Below the pieces are notes generated by a model. The model did no database searches. It worked only from the letters and a program-made list of their open reading frames with translations, and was not told the DNA's origin. From an uncultured virus (IMG/VR IMGVR_UViG_2061766007_000583) (lineage: Duplodnaviria > Heunggongvirae > Uroviricota > Caudoviricetes), in the IMG/VR virus record IMGVR_UViG_2061766007_000583: DNA of 61,094 nt. One strand, 5' to 3'. Shown here in pieces: positions 20,301 to 29,524 of the stretch (positions are counted from its first letter, which is position 1; the number at the start of each line of letters is the position of its first letter). A program made the translations under genes and the position numbers.

Positions 20301-21625
20301 AAGACCAAAATAATGCTCTTCAAGACCAAGTAAGTTTGGAACAGTTACTTGCCAATCTTGAGAAAGCAAAGAATACTAAAATTAGAGTATATAAACAAGG
20401 TCAAGGATTTGTATGGGACACAGATTCTGAAGCAGTAACAAAGGCTCAACAACAATTAGACGAATATAATCGTAAAAAGGCGTATGAGCAACAATTAAAT
20501 GAGTTAGAGAATTATAAGAAAAATGCCTTAAAGAATTATGAAGACCAAATAAATGATTTAAAGACTCTTAATGATAATATTAAAAATCAATATGATAAAC
20601 AAATAACAATAATCAATAATCATATCGATGCACAAAAGACTAAATATAATGCTCAAATACAAGCACTTAATGATTTAATTGCTAAAATTAAAGCCAATTA
20701 TCAAGTTCAGATTGATTATTTTAATAATTATAAAACTGAATTTAATAAACAAGTTAAGGCTTATGAAACAGAGCAGAATAGATTACTTGCATTGCAAAAG
20801 ACTGGTATTGATTTTGAGAATGAGAATTGGAAGACAAGACTTAATAACTTAAATAGATTCACTACTGAATATAATAATAAACTTGCTGAATTAAGTAATA
20901 AACAGAAACAGTTAGCAGAACTTGAGAGACAATTAAATTCTAGTTCTTCTTCTAGTTATAGTTCAAGTTCAAGTGGTGGTAGTGGTGTTGGAAGTGTTGG
21001 TACTACTGGGGCTAGTGTATCATCTGTAAGAACTAAAACTGTTTATGTAGTTAATGGTAGAGAATATCAAAGTTATAATGAAGCAGTATCGGCTAGAGAT
21101 GCTAGTAATAGTTCTATTCAGTCACAGATTAATAATCTTACGGCTCAAAAGAATAGAGTTAAAACTGGTAATACTACTGCTGATGAAGCACAGAAGCGTG
21201 GAATACAATCACAGATTGATTCACTTGAAAGACAAAAAGTAGGTATTTCAAGTAAAACAGTTGCATATGCAAGTGGTGTTGCTTCTATTGGAAGTAATCA
21301 ATTTGCTATTGTTGGTGATAATCCCAATAAAGAACTTGTTATTGGTTCAAAACTTAATGGATTAGGATTAAATCTTGCAAAAGGAACGGGAGTAGTTAAT
21401 GCTAAATCTACAGGAACTTTAGCAGGGTTATTTAATATGTTAGGTGGAGAATTAAGTAAAGGTATTAATGGAAACTATAGTCTTTCTAATAATAATACTC
21501 AAAGTTCTAACAATATTCATATTGATAATATTTCATTACCACAAGTTAGAGATGCTGATGATTTTATTAATGCAATATCTAACTTTCAAAATATAATGGC
21601 ACAGAAATCTTATGCTATAATATAA
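17381..21625 (+). CDS. Tape measure protein, exon 2 (spliced product 1755 aa)
   Basis: TP901-type TMP motifs, hydrophobic segments, long coiled coils, C-terminal AYASG..IVGD..ELV. Confidence 0.88.
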   Translation, partial: TQMVEASTQFKKSGFSDEDSAQLAQVSSLYQNIADSEMSAGDSATFIISQMKAFKNEFEDFNTEAEKATHIINAINETSNHMAVSSTDIATALSKTSSAMSALGNSYEESIALVVSGTEIMQGQASKVARGLRSFGNQIAKIASSAGELDFEVQGATKSIALMGSDGNLKSTYQVLKEISEEWDNMTTAERQALGISLAGKTQFEVFTSVLNNFEGAEKALTLATESQNSAWKENARYMESIEAKYQALKTATENLILGDGGLEKLVKIILTVTTAIVNFIDKAGGLTTVIGALTSALILLNSKAIMKMIMSFPLLWEQIKLTTTAYIEFATTASTANEILTASVPIVGIVIAVLTALFGALVLLYKQITVTVDEIQELGQKFSNEKGEIEDLTKQVDRLREKLKKLQEVESPTIIEQKEIDKTEYEIAQLERELALKEKIAQKDKEKLTKQVEKQVYGYGAFGGYGLGGVFDNSFDAELTKSSGELLVSASRLTGIDYQGKQGYQRVEAYRQIQEELSKLIVQYHEEQKTLDESSSKYKELEFKIQECQSAYDKIDEHLPSVVQKLDSLTEGLDENSVLYQIIKDTVNDYTDSLIENQEVQTKSNDIDEYIQQTLNDVADKYQLNAEQIEELNAIVKEAIENKSDEEDAYEVAQNAIDNYIDSIEGGIDAWERWNETLDTIQSAYETLSGAVEEYNETQAFTIDTVQSLLNLGSDYLSLLDFENGKLSLNKEAIMEKVKAQIEEAKATVYQEAVDRLEALAKDKVIEASKSSVAQISNETTALKENTSATLENSEAKLKNAINRAYAEGVTQEEVNKVVSDMNKQLKILDELTLSVGNSFESSMSKAKTSTQRAKEEVNKTKEAVNALKQEVEDLKDEISDYDKVISYINGKLDDEIDRLEDLRDKEVEAIEKQIDELEALQKKEEEEAKARIKFLEQERDALIDNNKLQINYLQERQNAEEEYWNNKIQALKDQNNALQDQVSLEQLLANLEKAKNTKIRVYKQGQGFVWDTDSEAVTKAQQQLDEYNRKKAYEQQLNELENYKKNALKNYEDQINDLKTLNDNIKNQYDKQITIINNHIDAQKTKYNAQIQALNDLIAKIKANYQVQIDYFNNYKTEFNKQVKAYETEQNRLLALQKTGIDFENENWKTRLNNLNRFTTEYNNKLAELSNKQKQLAELERQLNSSSSSSYSSSSSGGSGVGSVGTTGASVSSVRTKTVYVVNGREYQSYNEAVSARDASNSSIQSQINNLTAQKNRVKTGNTTADEAQKRGIQSQIDSLERQKVGISSKTVAYASGVASIGSNQFAIVGDNPNKELVIGSKLNGLGLNLAKGTGVVNAKSTGTLAGLFNMLGGELSKGINGNYSLSNNNTQSSNNIHIDNISLPQVRDADDFINAISNFQNIMAQKSYAII

Positions 21626-21629
21626 TATA

Positions 21630-21669
21630 AAAGAAGGAGTTGAAATATACTCCTTCTTTAAGTACATAA
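21630..21669 (+). promoter_or_regulatory. 11-bp stem, TGAAATAT loop, followed by GTACATAA (site 4)
   Basis: AAAGAAGGAGT (21630-21640)/ACTCCTTCTTT (21649-21659); GTACATAA at 21662-21669. Confidence 0.7.
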
Positions 21670-21694
21670 AAATCTATAAAGGAGAAAAGTATAA

Positions 21695-22921
21695 ATGTCT
21701 AACAAAACAGAACAAGCAATAAACTCATTGATGAATGGTATGATACAATACGTTAGAAATGAAATAAATAATATTCCTTATGTTAAGACAGATATTGGAA
21801 TAGTAAAATCTGTTACATTAACAGATGGAAAATATATACATACAGTTACTGTTAGAAATTTTGATTATACTGGTATTAAATCACTAGGTAATAATGAATT
21901 TACTGCTGATTCTGTTGTATATATATTAGTTCCTAATGGACAATATAGTAATATGTTTATATTAGGACATTTAGACGATACTAACGCTAATATTAAAGGT
22001 GGTAGTATCAATTTAGGTAATGGTAATTTTGTTGTTACTAATAGTGGAGAAATGACTGCCAAAAGTGGTTTTATTGGAAATGGCAATAGTGGATTTACTA
22101 TTAGTAATACTGCAATATATAATGGCACAAACTCAATGTCAAGTACAACTAATGGATTGTATCTTGGTACTGATGGAATTAATCTTGCAGGAAAATTTAA
22201 AGTTGCTAACGATGGCTCTGCTAGTATGACTAGTGGTACAATTGGGGCTTGGAGTTTTAATTCTAATGGATTTACTTTTAGTAATTCTCAAGGTGCTAGT
22301 GGATATATGAAACCTTCTACGGCTGGTGGATTAGGTGGAATAGAAATTGGAAGTCAGAGTGTAAGTTTAACTGCAAGTAGAACTGTTAGTTTGGAAGGAA
22401 GTTTAGGAGTTACATTAAAATCTACTGGTGGTGCTATTTCATTAAATGGTGGCTCTAGTGAACCTATAGAAACATTATCAAATAATAATACAAATAAGGT
22501 TTCTGGGGCTTTTAAAATACAAAATATTGCTAGTACAGATTTGTTTTATGTTAATCAAACTTCTGCTTGGAGTAAATATACAATTCAAGTTTCTGATAAG
22601 AAGTTAAAGAAAAATATAAAGAAATTAAATAAAAAAGATTCTGCTGATTTTATTATTTCCTTAAAACCTTGTGAATATAAATTTAAAGATGGTGATGATA
22701 ATAAACATCATGGATTTATAGCACAAGAAGTTGAAGCAATATCTGATAAAGATTGGGGAATAGTTACAGAATCTGAAACAAGTATAAAAGGTAAAGAAGA
22801 AAAAATTAAAGGTATTGCTTATACTGAAATTATTGCAGACCTTGTAGCAACTGTTCAATTACAACAAGAACAGATTGATAATTTAAAGAAAGATATTGAA
22901 ATACTAAAGAAAGGAGAATAA
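21695..22921 (+). CDS. Tail spike/fibre with C-terminal peptidase S74 intramolecular chaperone
   Basis: Gly/Ser/Asn-rich beta repeats; SDKKLKKNI..LKPCEYKFK..HGFIAQEV..coiled coil. Confidence 0.8.
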   Translation: MSNKTEQAINSLMNGMIQYVRNEINNIPYVKTDIGIVKSVTLTDGKYIHTVTVRNFDYTGIKSLGNNEFTADSVVYILVPNGQYSNMFILGHLDDTNANIKGGSINLGNGNFVVTNSGEMTAKSGFIGNGNSGFTISNTAIYNGTNSMSSTTNGLYLGTDGINLAGKFKVANDGSASMTSGTIGAWSFNSNGFTFSNSQGASGYMKPSTAGGLGGIEIGSQSVSLTASRTVSLEGSLGVTLKSTGGAISLNGGSSEPIETLSNNNTNKVSGAFKIQNIASTDLFYVNQTSAWSKYTIQVSDKKLKKNIKKLNKKDSADFIISLKPCEYKFKDGDDNKHHGFIAQEVEAISDKDWGIVTESETSIKGKEEKIKGIAYTEIIADLVATVQLQQEQIDNLKKDIEILKKGE

Positions 22922-22924
22922 TAA

Positions 22925-25708
22925 ATGGCGTATTATAATACTTCAATAACTGAAATTGCATCATTATATCAATCCTCTCTTTCTCGTGTAGATTATTATT
23001 TTTATTATGATGTACCAGATGTTCCAATAAACCAACAATTTAAAGCATTGCTTATGGTAATATCTAATGATAAAACTACTTACGAATATCGTATTTATAA
23101 TTCAACTAGGTATAGTAAGGTTAGTTTAAATTATACAAGTATTCCTAGTTATAATTGTACGACTCCAAATATTCCTTATTATTTTAAATATGTAGCAAAA
23201 CCTAAAGATGAAGATTATACAGAAGAAGAAATACAACATATATTTGAATCGGATGATTTTACAGAATATAAATCTTATTATGGTACACAAAATTTAGATA
23301 TAAATGTAAGAAATAACAAAGAAATAAATTTAGATTACGAGTTTAAAATAAATATTACACCTAATAATCCTATAGTTGATTATTATAAAATAGAATTATG
23401 GGATTATGATGGAAATGTAAAACTTTTAGAATCTGATGAAATAAGACCTGCTAATAGTTCTTCTACATTTGCAACATATGTTTTTGATAATTTAGAAGAA
23501 GATACAGTATATAAAGTAAAATTATGTTGTTATCCTTATGATGGATTAAAATTTAGACTATTATGGACTTATAATATATGTACTGGAATTTTTGTATTTG
23601 ATGATGTATTTGTTAGCAATATAACTTGTTATTATAGTCAATATAATAGTTATAGTTTTACATTAGATTTAGATGGAAATTTAAATAGAGAAATGGTTTG
23701 TGGTGGATATTATTATTCAAATGATGGAGATAGTTATATTGATTGGACTAATAGTACAGTAAATAATAATAAATGTACTTTTAGGTTATATAATACTGCT
23801 ATACATCCTGAATTAATTTATCCAAATACTCCTTATCTTATTAGTACAATATTTGTAAGAAAAGGATATGTATTTTCTTGGGAAACAGTTGAATTAGCAA
23901 AAAAGAAACAATCTAATGTTGTATATTATATAGAAAAACCTACATTAACTTTAAATATACAAAATAATGATACAATTGATACAAGTGGATATACTTTTAT
24001 ATTAGGATATACACAAGATGATGATGAACCTATAGATTATGGTATTTTCTATTTGTATGATGCTAATGGTAATTTATTAAGAGAGTCAGAGAAATTATTT
24101 AATATAGAAGACCCACCTTTAATATTATATAAATATTTTGGTGGTTTCTTAAATAACACAAGTTATAAGATAAAGGCTTATGTTAAAACTTTTCATGGAT
24201 TGGAGGTTGAAACAGATTTGATAAACTTTAATATTGAGTACGAAGACCCAATATTATACGCTCCATTAAAATTAAAAAGCGAATGCGATGAAGGATATAT
24301 TGACGTATCTAGTGATATATTCGTTGGAGAAGGAGAAAGCAACCCTAGTCCAATGGTATATATTAACGAAGGAGAAAAATATTCAGCATATGCTATTAAA
24401 TCCGACCCTATAATTCAATATCAGAGACAGACAAGTTCTTGGATATATTGGGGATATGGAGTAGATATAAATACAAGTTTTGTAATAAAATATTGGTTCT
24501 CCGTTGGTAGTATAAATAATGATATTTTAAGATTATATAATGAAGATGGCAACTATATTAATGTTAAATTTAAAAGGTTAAATAGAACTGTTGCAGAATT
24601 GAATGGTGATTATATTGAAGTATCAAGTTCAGAAAATGTAATTGCTAATTCTAATATTATTCATTCAAGAACAAATGGAACTAATAAATATTTCTTATGG
24701 ATTAAAGTTGTAAATAATCATTGGGAAGTAATTTTAAGAGAAGATTCAAAAGAAGAATCGGTGTTTAATTGGGATGATTCTGATAATAATATTAGTTGGA
24801 ATGCAACAAGTGATATAACTTGGTATCAAGAGAATTATGAAGATAATAGTCTTGAGTCACCCTTATATCAATTTAACCCTAATAATTTTAATAAGATATT
24901 AGTTGGCAATGGAATTTGTAGACAATTAGAAATTACAAATAATACAAGTTTAGTATATTCAGATGAATTAGATGATTGGGATGAATATATGGTATTAAAA
25001 TGTGATTTTGACCAAAACTTAAAAGGTGGTAACTTGGACGAACAGTTGGGTAATATTAGTTCTATCAGAATTAAGAGAATGGATTCTACTAATAATTCTT
25101 GGATTACTTTGTATGAAAAGGATATTAATGAAGAAGAAGATTTAATGATAGATTATCACGATTATATCGTACCCAAAGGTATTGAACAAATGTACGCTTT
25201 AGTTCCAGTTATGGCTAATGGGGATGAAGGTAATTATATTGTTAATACTATAGTTCCTAATTGGAGATATTGTTTTGTATCAGATAATGAACAATGTTTC
25301 AAATTGTATAGTTCTATTAACTATGGTAGTACACCACAGAATGTACCCGTAGGAACTTTAAATCCTATTGGAAGGACTTATCCTATTATAATAAGAAATA
25401 GTAGCGTTGATTATCAAAGTGGAGTTTTGTCTGGTCAGTTAATGGGATATAACTTTGAACAATATCATCATTTAGATAGGGCTGATGTCGTAAAACAAAC
25501 TCAAGACTTTGTTAAGTTCTTGACTAATGGTAAATCAAAAGTAATTACTGATTGGAATGGAAATTGTTGGATTGTTCAAGTAATTGATAGTCCTACAATT
25601 AATTATAATATTGCAACAACAAATGGAATTGTTACAGTCACATTCTCTTGGGCTGAACAAGGAAAATATAATAACGAAAAAGACTTAATAGAAAATGATT
25701 TAATATAA
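22925..25708 (+). CDS. Large tail/baseplate structural protein with FN3/Ig-like repeats
   Basis: 927 aa; repeated motifs such as LEEDTVYKVKL and LNNTSYKIKA; position after TMP. Confidence 0.6.
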   Translation: MAYYNTSITEIASLYQSSLSRVDYYFYYDVPDVPINQQFKALLMVISNDKTTYEYRIYNSTRYSKVSLNYTSIPSYNCTTPNIPYYFKYVAKPKDEDYTEEEIQHIFESDDFTEYKSYYGTQNLDINVRNNKEINLDYEFKINITPNNPIVDYYKIELWDYDGNVKLLESDEIRPANSSSTFATYVFDNLEEDTVYKVKLCCYPYDGLKFRLLWTYNICTGIFVFDDVFVSNITCYYSQYNSYSFTLDLDGNLNREMVCGGYYYSNDGDSYIDWTNSTVNNNKCTFRLYNTAIHPELIYPNTPYLISTIFVRKGYVFSWETVELAKKKQSNVVYYIEKPTLTLNIQNNDTIDTSGYTFILGYTQDDDEPIDYGIFYLYDANGNLLRESEKLFNIEDPPLILYKYFGGFLNNTSYKIKAYVKTFHGLEVETDLINFNIEYEDPILYAPLKLKSECDEGYIDVSSDIFVGEGESNPSPMVYINEGEKYSAYAIKSDPIIQYQRQTSSWIYWGYGVDINTSFVIKYWFSVGSINNDILRLYNEDGNYINVKFKRLNRTVAELNGDYIEVSSSENVIANSNIIHSRTNGTNKYFLWIKVVNNHWEVILREDSKEESVFNWDDSDNNISWNATSDITWYQENYEDNSLESPLYQFNPNNFNKILVGNGICRQLEITNNTSLVYSDELDDWDEYMVLKCDFDQNLKGGNLDEQLGNISSIRIKRMDSTNNSWITLYEKDINEEEDLMIDYHDYIVPKGIEQMYALVPVMANGDEGNYIVNTIVPNWRYCFVSDNEQCFKLYSSINYGSTPQNVPVGTLNPIGRTYPIIIRNSSVDYQSGVLSGQLMGYNFEQYHHLDRADVVKQTQDFVKFLTNGKSKVITDWNGNCWIVQVIDSPTINYNIATTNGIVTVTFSWAEQGKYNNEKDLIENDLI

Positions 25709-25725
25709 ATATTAAGGAGGATATA

Positions 25726-26889
25726 ATGGCTATAAGTGATAGAATGGCTAATACTACACAAAAAGTCAGAACTCTCCATGTATTAATATATTTGCTTAAT
25801 TTTCAATTAAGAAAAATAGCAGAATTAAGTGGGATAATATTAGATGGCTCTACTTTTAGTATTGATGCAAATAGTGATATTAGAAGAACTTGCAATCTAA
25901 CTATTGTTCCCACTTCTTCTGATTTTGATGTATCTAGTGAAGGTATTTGGATTGATAAATATATTCAAGTTCAAGTTGGTATTGAAGATTTTAAAACTAG
26001 AAAAGTTAATTATACTAATATGGGAATATATTTGATTAATAATCCTACTACGACATATAATGCTCAAACTCATACATTGGCTATTAGTGGTATTGATATG
26101 ATGGCTAAATTAACTGGAATGAGAAACGGATATTTAAGTGGAACTCAAGGTGGAGTTAGTTATAAAATTCCTGCTGGAAGCAATATTAAAGATGCAGTTA
26201 AATCTACATTTGCTTTAGGTGGATTTAATAATGTCTTAATAAAAGAATTTACACCTACACCTACAGTTCCTAATGATATTATAATATCTGTTGGTAATAC
26301 TATTTATTCTATGTTAAGAGAATTGATAGATATTAACTCATTTTATCAAATGTACTTTGATGTTAATGGATTGCCACACGTAGATAAAATACCTAGTGGA
26401 GATAATGAAAGTGTAATGGTTAATGATGAAATATGGAGTAAGACATTAATACAATATACTAGAGATATATCATTCGAAGAAGTTAAAAATACTATTGAAG
26501 TATATGGAAAGACTTTAGATGACGGAACAACGCCTTATGCTATTGCTCAAGATACTAATCCTAATAGCCCTTTTTGTATTTATGGTACGGCTGGAGTTTT
26601 AAGAATAGTATTAAGTGGTGGAGACTATGATAATATTTATACTACGTCTTTAGCACAACAAAGAGCAGATTATGAATTATATTTAAGGTGTCGTTTACAA
26701 GACCAAATTACAATTACTACTGTTCCTATTTATTGGTTAGATGTTAATTGGTTAATCGAAATAACACTTCCTAATAAACAAGGTATAGAAGTAACTGATA
26801 AATATATTATTAAGAAAATAGATACTACTGTAGGAGTACAAGGTACTCAAAATATTACAATGATAAAATATTATCCTACAGATGTTTAA
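25726..26889 (+). CDS. Baseplate hub/tail-associated protein
   Basis: SDIRRTCNL..MGIYLI..MYFDVNG..PIYWLDVN pattern; position. Confidence 0.55.
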   Translation: MAISDRMANTTQKVRTLHVLIYLLNFQLRKIAELSGIILDGSTFSIDANSDIRRTCNLTIVPTSSDFDVSSEGIWIDKYIQVQVGIEDFKTRKVNYTNMGIYLINNPTTTYNAQTHTLAISGIDMMAKLTGMRNGYLSGTQGGVSYKIPAGSNIKDAVKSTFALGGFNNVLIKEFTPTPTVPNDIIISVGNTIYSMLRELIDINSFYQMYFDVNGLPHVDKIPSGDNESVMVNDEIWSKTLIQYTRDISFEEVKNTIEVYGKTLDDGTTPYAIAQDTNPNSPFCIYGTAGVLRIVLSGGDYDNIYTTSLAQQRADYELYLRCRLQDQITITTVPIYWLDVNWLIEITLPNKQGIEVTDKYIIKKIDTTVGVQGTQNITMIKYYPTDV

Positions 26890-26897
26890 AATAATTG

Positions 26898-26926
26898 TTG
26901 ACAAATTATAATACTTATGTTATAAT
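26898..26926 (+). promoter_or_regulatory. Consensus sigmaA promoter before the tail fibre gene
   Basis: TTGACA-17 bp-TATAAT with extended TG. Confidence 0.6.
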
Positions 26927-26943
26927 AGAAAGGAAAAATAAAT

Positions 26944-27918
26944 ATGTCTAGTATTCAAATAAATCGTGGTACAAAAGCCGAGATTGATAATACTCCCGTT
27001 ACCGATGGTTTGATTTGTTTTCAAACTGACGATAATTTTATTTATATGGATAACGGAGATACTAGAGAGGCTTTTGGTGGAGTTAAAGTGATTCCTAATC
27101 CACAAGAAGAACCCACAGAAGTATTAAGAAATTTGCAGATTGCAGATGATGTATATAAGATTAGTGGTGGTCACGAAATAGAAGACCAAAGTGGTACTAC
27201 ATTAACTCAAAGAGATGTAATGAGATTTACTGGTGCTTATTCTCACGATGATAGTACTAATGAAGTTACTAAAATTGATATAGTAAGAGAAATGACAGTA
27301 GCACAGAAAGATACTTTAACTGGAGATGAAGTTGAAGGATTTCAGTGGACTACTGACGAAAATAATGATTTACCTTTAACTACCGATTGGGTAGCGTATA
27401 GAGATGGACAGAGTGCGACTGAAGCATTAGATGATGCTATTAAAGAAGTATTAAATGATAATGGCGATACTTTAACATCTAGGGGTAAAATACAATTCGT
27501 AGGGACTTATACAGAAGATGATTCTACTGATGAAGTTACTAAAGTAGATATAGTGCGAGAGTTCAATTCCGTAGCCAACATAGAAGCCTTAACGGGCGAA
27601 GANNNNNNNNNNNNNNNNNNNNNNNNNNNNNNNNNNNNNNNNNNNNNNNNNNNNNNNNNNNNNNNNNNNNNNNNNNNNNNNNNNNNNNNNNNNNNNNNNN
27701 NNNNNNNNNNNNNACAATCAATACCTTCGAAATACAGACCTAACGAAACTTTTAGGTGTTTTACTATGGTATATAATGGAAGTTCTTATGTAGATGCAGA
27801 AATTACTATTGTTAATTCTACGGGCGATATTAGAATTGTTAATATGTTTGGTACGGCAATTAGTGGAATACAAGCGAATTATCTTAAAAACACAGATTTA
27901 ACCTATATGATAGATTAA
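26944..27918 (+). CDS. Tail fibre / receptor-binding protein (gapped)
   Basis: IQINRGT N-terminus, two internal repeats (G.TLT.R....G.Y..DDST.EVTK.DIVRE), C-terminal IPSKYRP domain. Confidence 0.65.
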   Translation: MSSIQINRGTKAEIDNTPVTDGLICFQTDDNFIYMDNGDTREAFGGVKVIPNPQEEPTEVLRNLQIADDVYKISGGHEIEDQSGTTLTQRDVMRFTGAYSHDDSTNEVTKIDIVREMTVAQKDTLTGDEVEGFQWTTDENNDLPLTTDWVAYRDGQSATEALDDAIKEVLNDNGDTLTSRGKIQFVGTYTEDDSTDEVTKVDIVREFNSVANIEALTGEXXXXXXXXXXXXXXXXXXXXXXXXXXXXXXXXXXXXXXQSIPSKYRPNETFRCFTMVYNGSSYVDAEITIVNSTGDIRIVNMFGTAISGIQANYLKNTDLTYMID

Positions 27919-28028
27919 GGGGGAGAGATAAATGAGTTTATATTACAAACAAAAACTAATAAGTGGAGTGCGAGATGTACCTTCAATGACATTAGCACAA
28001 NNNNNNNNNNTGATTAAGGAGAACGCAA

Positions 28029-28535
28029 ATGAGTTTATATTATAACAAAAAACTAATAAGTGGAGTGCGAGATGTACCTTCAATGACATTAGCACAATAC
28101 AACGCATTAACAAACAAGCCGAAGTTGTGGATAAGAACAGACGCACCGAGTGGCGATAGGGGCATTAACGCAGACGATATTCAGTATGATAGCAATACAA
28201 GTGTGAAAGAGAAGATTGATGAAAACAAATTTAGATTTAGTTCTTTACTTTATCAAACATCAACTTATTCGGCAGAAGATACAAACATTGATATTAGTGG
28301 CTATGACGCAATTTGTTTAGAATTAGCATATTACGGAAACCCTTTTGCCTCTGTTATTTATCATAATTTAAGTGATACAAATAGAGTTTACGGATTTGTT
28401 GATTCTGTTTCTAACTTTGCTTCGGGATATGCTCATTGTAATTCTTCATTTACAATTATAGACAAAGTAGGAGTGACAAATGGAGTTGGTAATGCACCTG
28501 CAACAAGAGTAAGAATATATGGAGTGAATTTTTAA
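28029..28535 (+). CDS. Small tail fibre accessory/receptor-binding module
   Basis: MTLAQYNAL motif, YDSNTSVKEKID linker, beta-rich C-domain ending RIYGV. Confidence 0.55.
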   Translation: MSLYYNKKLISGVRDVPSMTLAQYNALTNKPKLWIRTDAPSGDRGINADDIQYDSNTSVKEKIDENKFRFSSLLYQTSTYSAEDTNIDISGYDAICLELAYYGNPFASVIYHNLSDTNRVYGFVDSVSNFASGYAHCNSSFTIIDKVGVTNGVGNAPATRVRIYGVNF

Positions 28536-29398
28536 ACTCAAAGAACGAGAGGAGAAAATCAAATGGCAAATTGTTTATATAGTGGCGACAAGCCGTTAGG
28601 AATAGTACAGAGTAATGCCGAAGATGTTGCTTATGATAGCAATACAAGTGTGAAAGAGAAGATTGATGAAGTTAATACAAAGATTAGAGTTCGTGGAGTT
28701 TTGTCTGTACTTGCATTAAACAATGGTAAGTTTGCAACAAATTTGCCAACAGACGGAAACAAGACATTTACAAGTGTTTCGGCTAATGTTCAAACTATAA
28801 GTGCAGACATTTACGGAACAATAGGTGCGATTGGAGATAATAATGTTTCACTTGCAGTAAGCCTTGCAAATGGAGTGATTTCTTTGGTATTTACACCGTC
28901 AGTCACATTAAGTCAATATACAGCACCTGCCAAAGGTTTTGTTACTCAAATTAACACGGAAATTGTATTGACATTAAGTTAGAACAAAGGGAGAAAATCA
29001 AAAACTAACAGACTTTCTGCAATAAGGAAAGAAAAATAAGACTTATATTTCAATAAGGGAGAAAATATGATTAAAATAANNNNNNNNNNGCTTTGAGTAT
29101 TGACACTATCTGACGCAATCTCATAGGAATTATCACTCTGTCTTCGTATTCTGTAACGAACAAACTGTGTTGAATCGCCCCAAAAAGTAATCTGTAAATC
29201 ACTTTGGCTTCCCAAAAATACAAAAGAATTAACATAGTTTCCACTTGTGAAAGACCTAAAAACGGCTAAATACTTCTTCGTTGTGGAAAAATCAGTAATT
29301 GAAAAACTATCTCCTATTGCGTAAATACTACCGTTCCAAACTCGTCGATAACTTGCGACAGAATCAATCTTCTCTTTCACACTTGTATTGCTATCATA
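28185..29398. repeat. Three identical 36-nt copies (TATGATAGCAATACAAGTGTGAAAGAGAAGATTGAT)
   Basis: 28185-28220 (+), 28632-28667 (+), 29363-29398 (-); each encodes YDSNTSVKEKID in a different gene. Confidence 0.95.
28563..28982 (+). CDS. Small tail fibre accessory/receptor-binding module
   Basis: RBS GAGGAG; YDSNTSVKEKID linker then a different beta-rich C-domain. Confidence 0.55.
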   Translation: MANCLYSGDKPLGIVQSNAEDVAYDSNTSVKEKIDEVNTKIRVRGVLSVLALNNGKFATNLPTDGNKTFTSVSANVQTISADIYGTIGAIGDNNVSLAVSLANGVISLVFTPSVTLSQYTAPAKGFVTQINTEIVLTLS

Positions 29399-29524
29399 AG
29401 GAATATTTGTGGCATCAAGGTTGTCGATTTCGTTAGATACTCCCTCAATTCCATCTTCTATATGATTCATTCTTGTTGGATTTACATAGCTTGTTGTATT
29501 CCAGGTTTGTTTTACATAAGACAT
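29090..29524 (-). CDS. Tail fibre/receptor-binding protein (phage B; truncated by gap)
   Basis: MSYVKQTW..NPTRMNHIEDGI N-terminus typical of siphophage fibre proteins; YDSNTSVKEKID linker. Confidence 0.6.

Noticed and set aside
27929..28097. Tandem duplication of a gene start
   Set aside because: Two slightly different copies flank a 10-N join; most likely overlapping contig ends from different strains or phages
28632..29398. Invertible shufflon bounded by inverted 36-nt repeats
   Set aside because: The inverted copy lies across a 10-N scaffold join, so its orientation is not evidence; no invertase is adjacent
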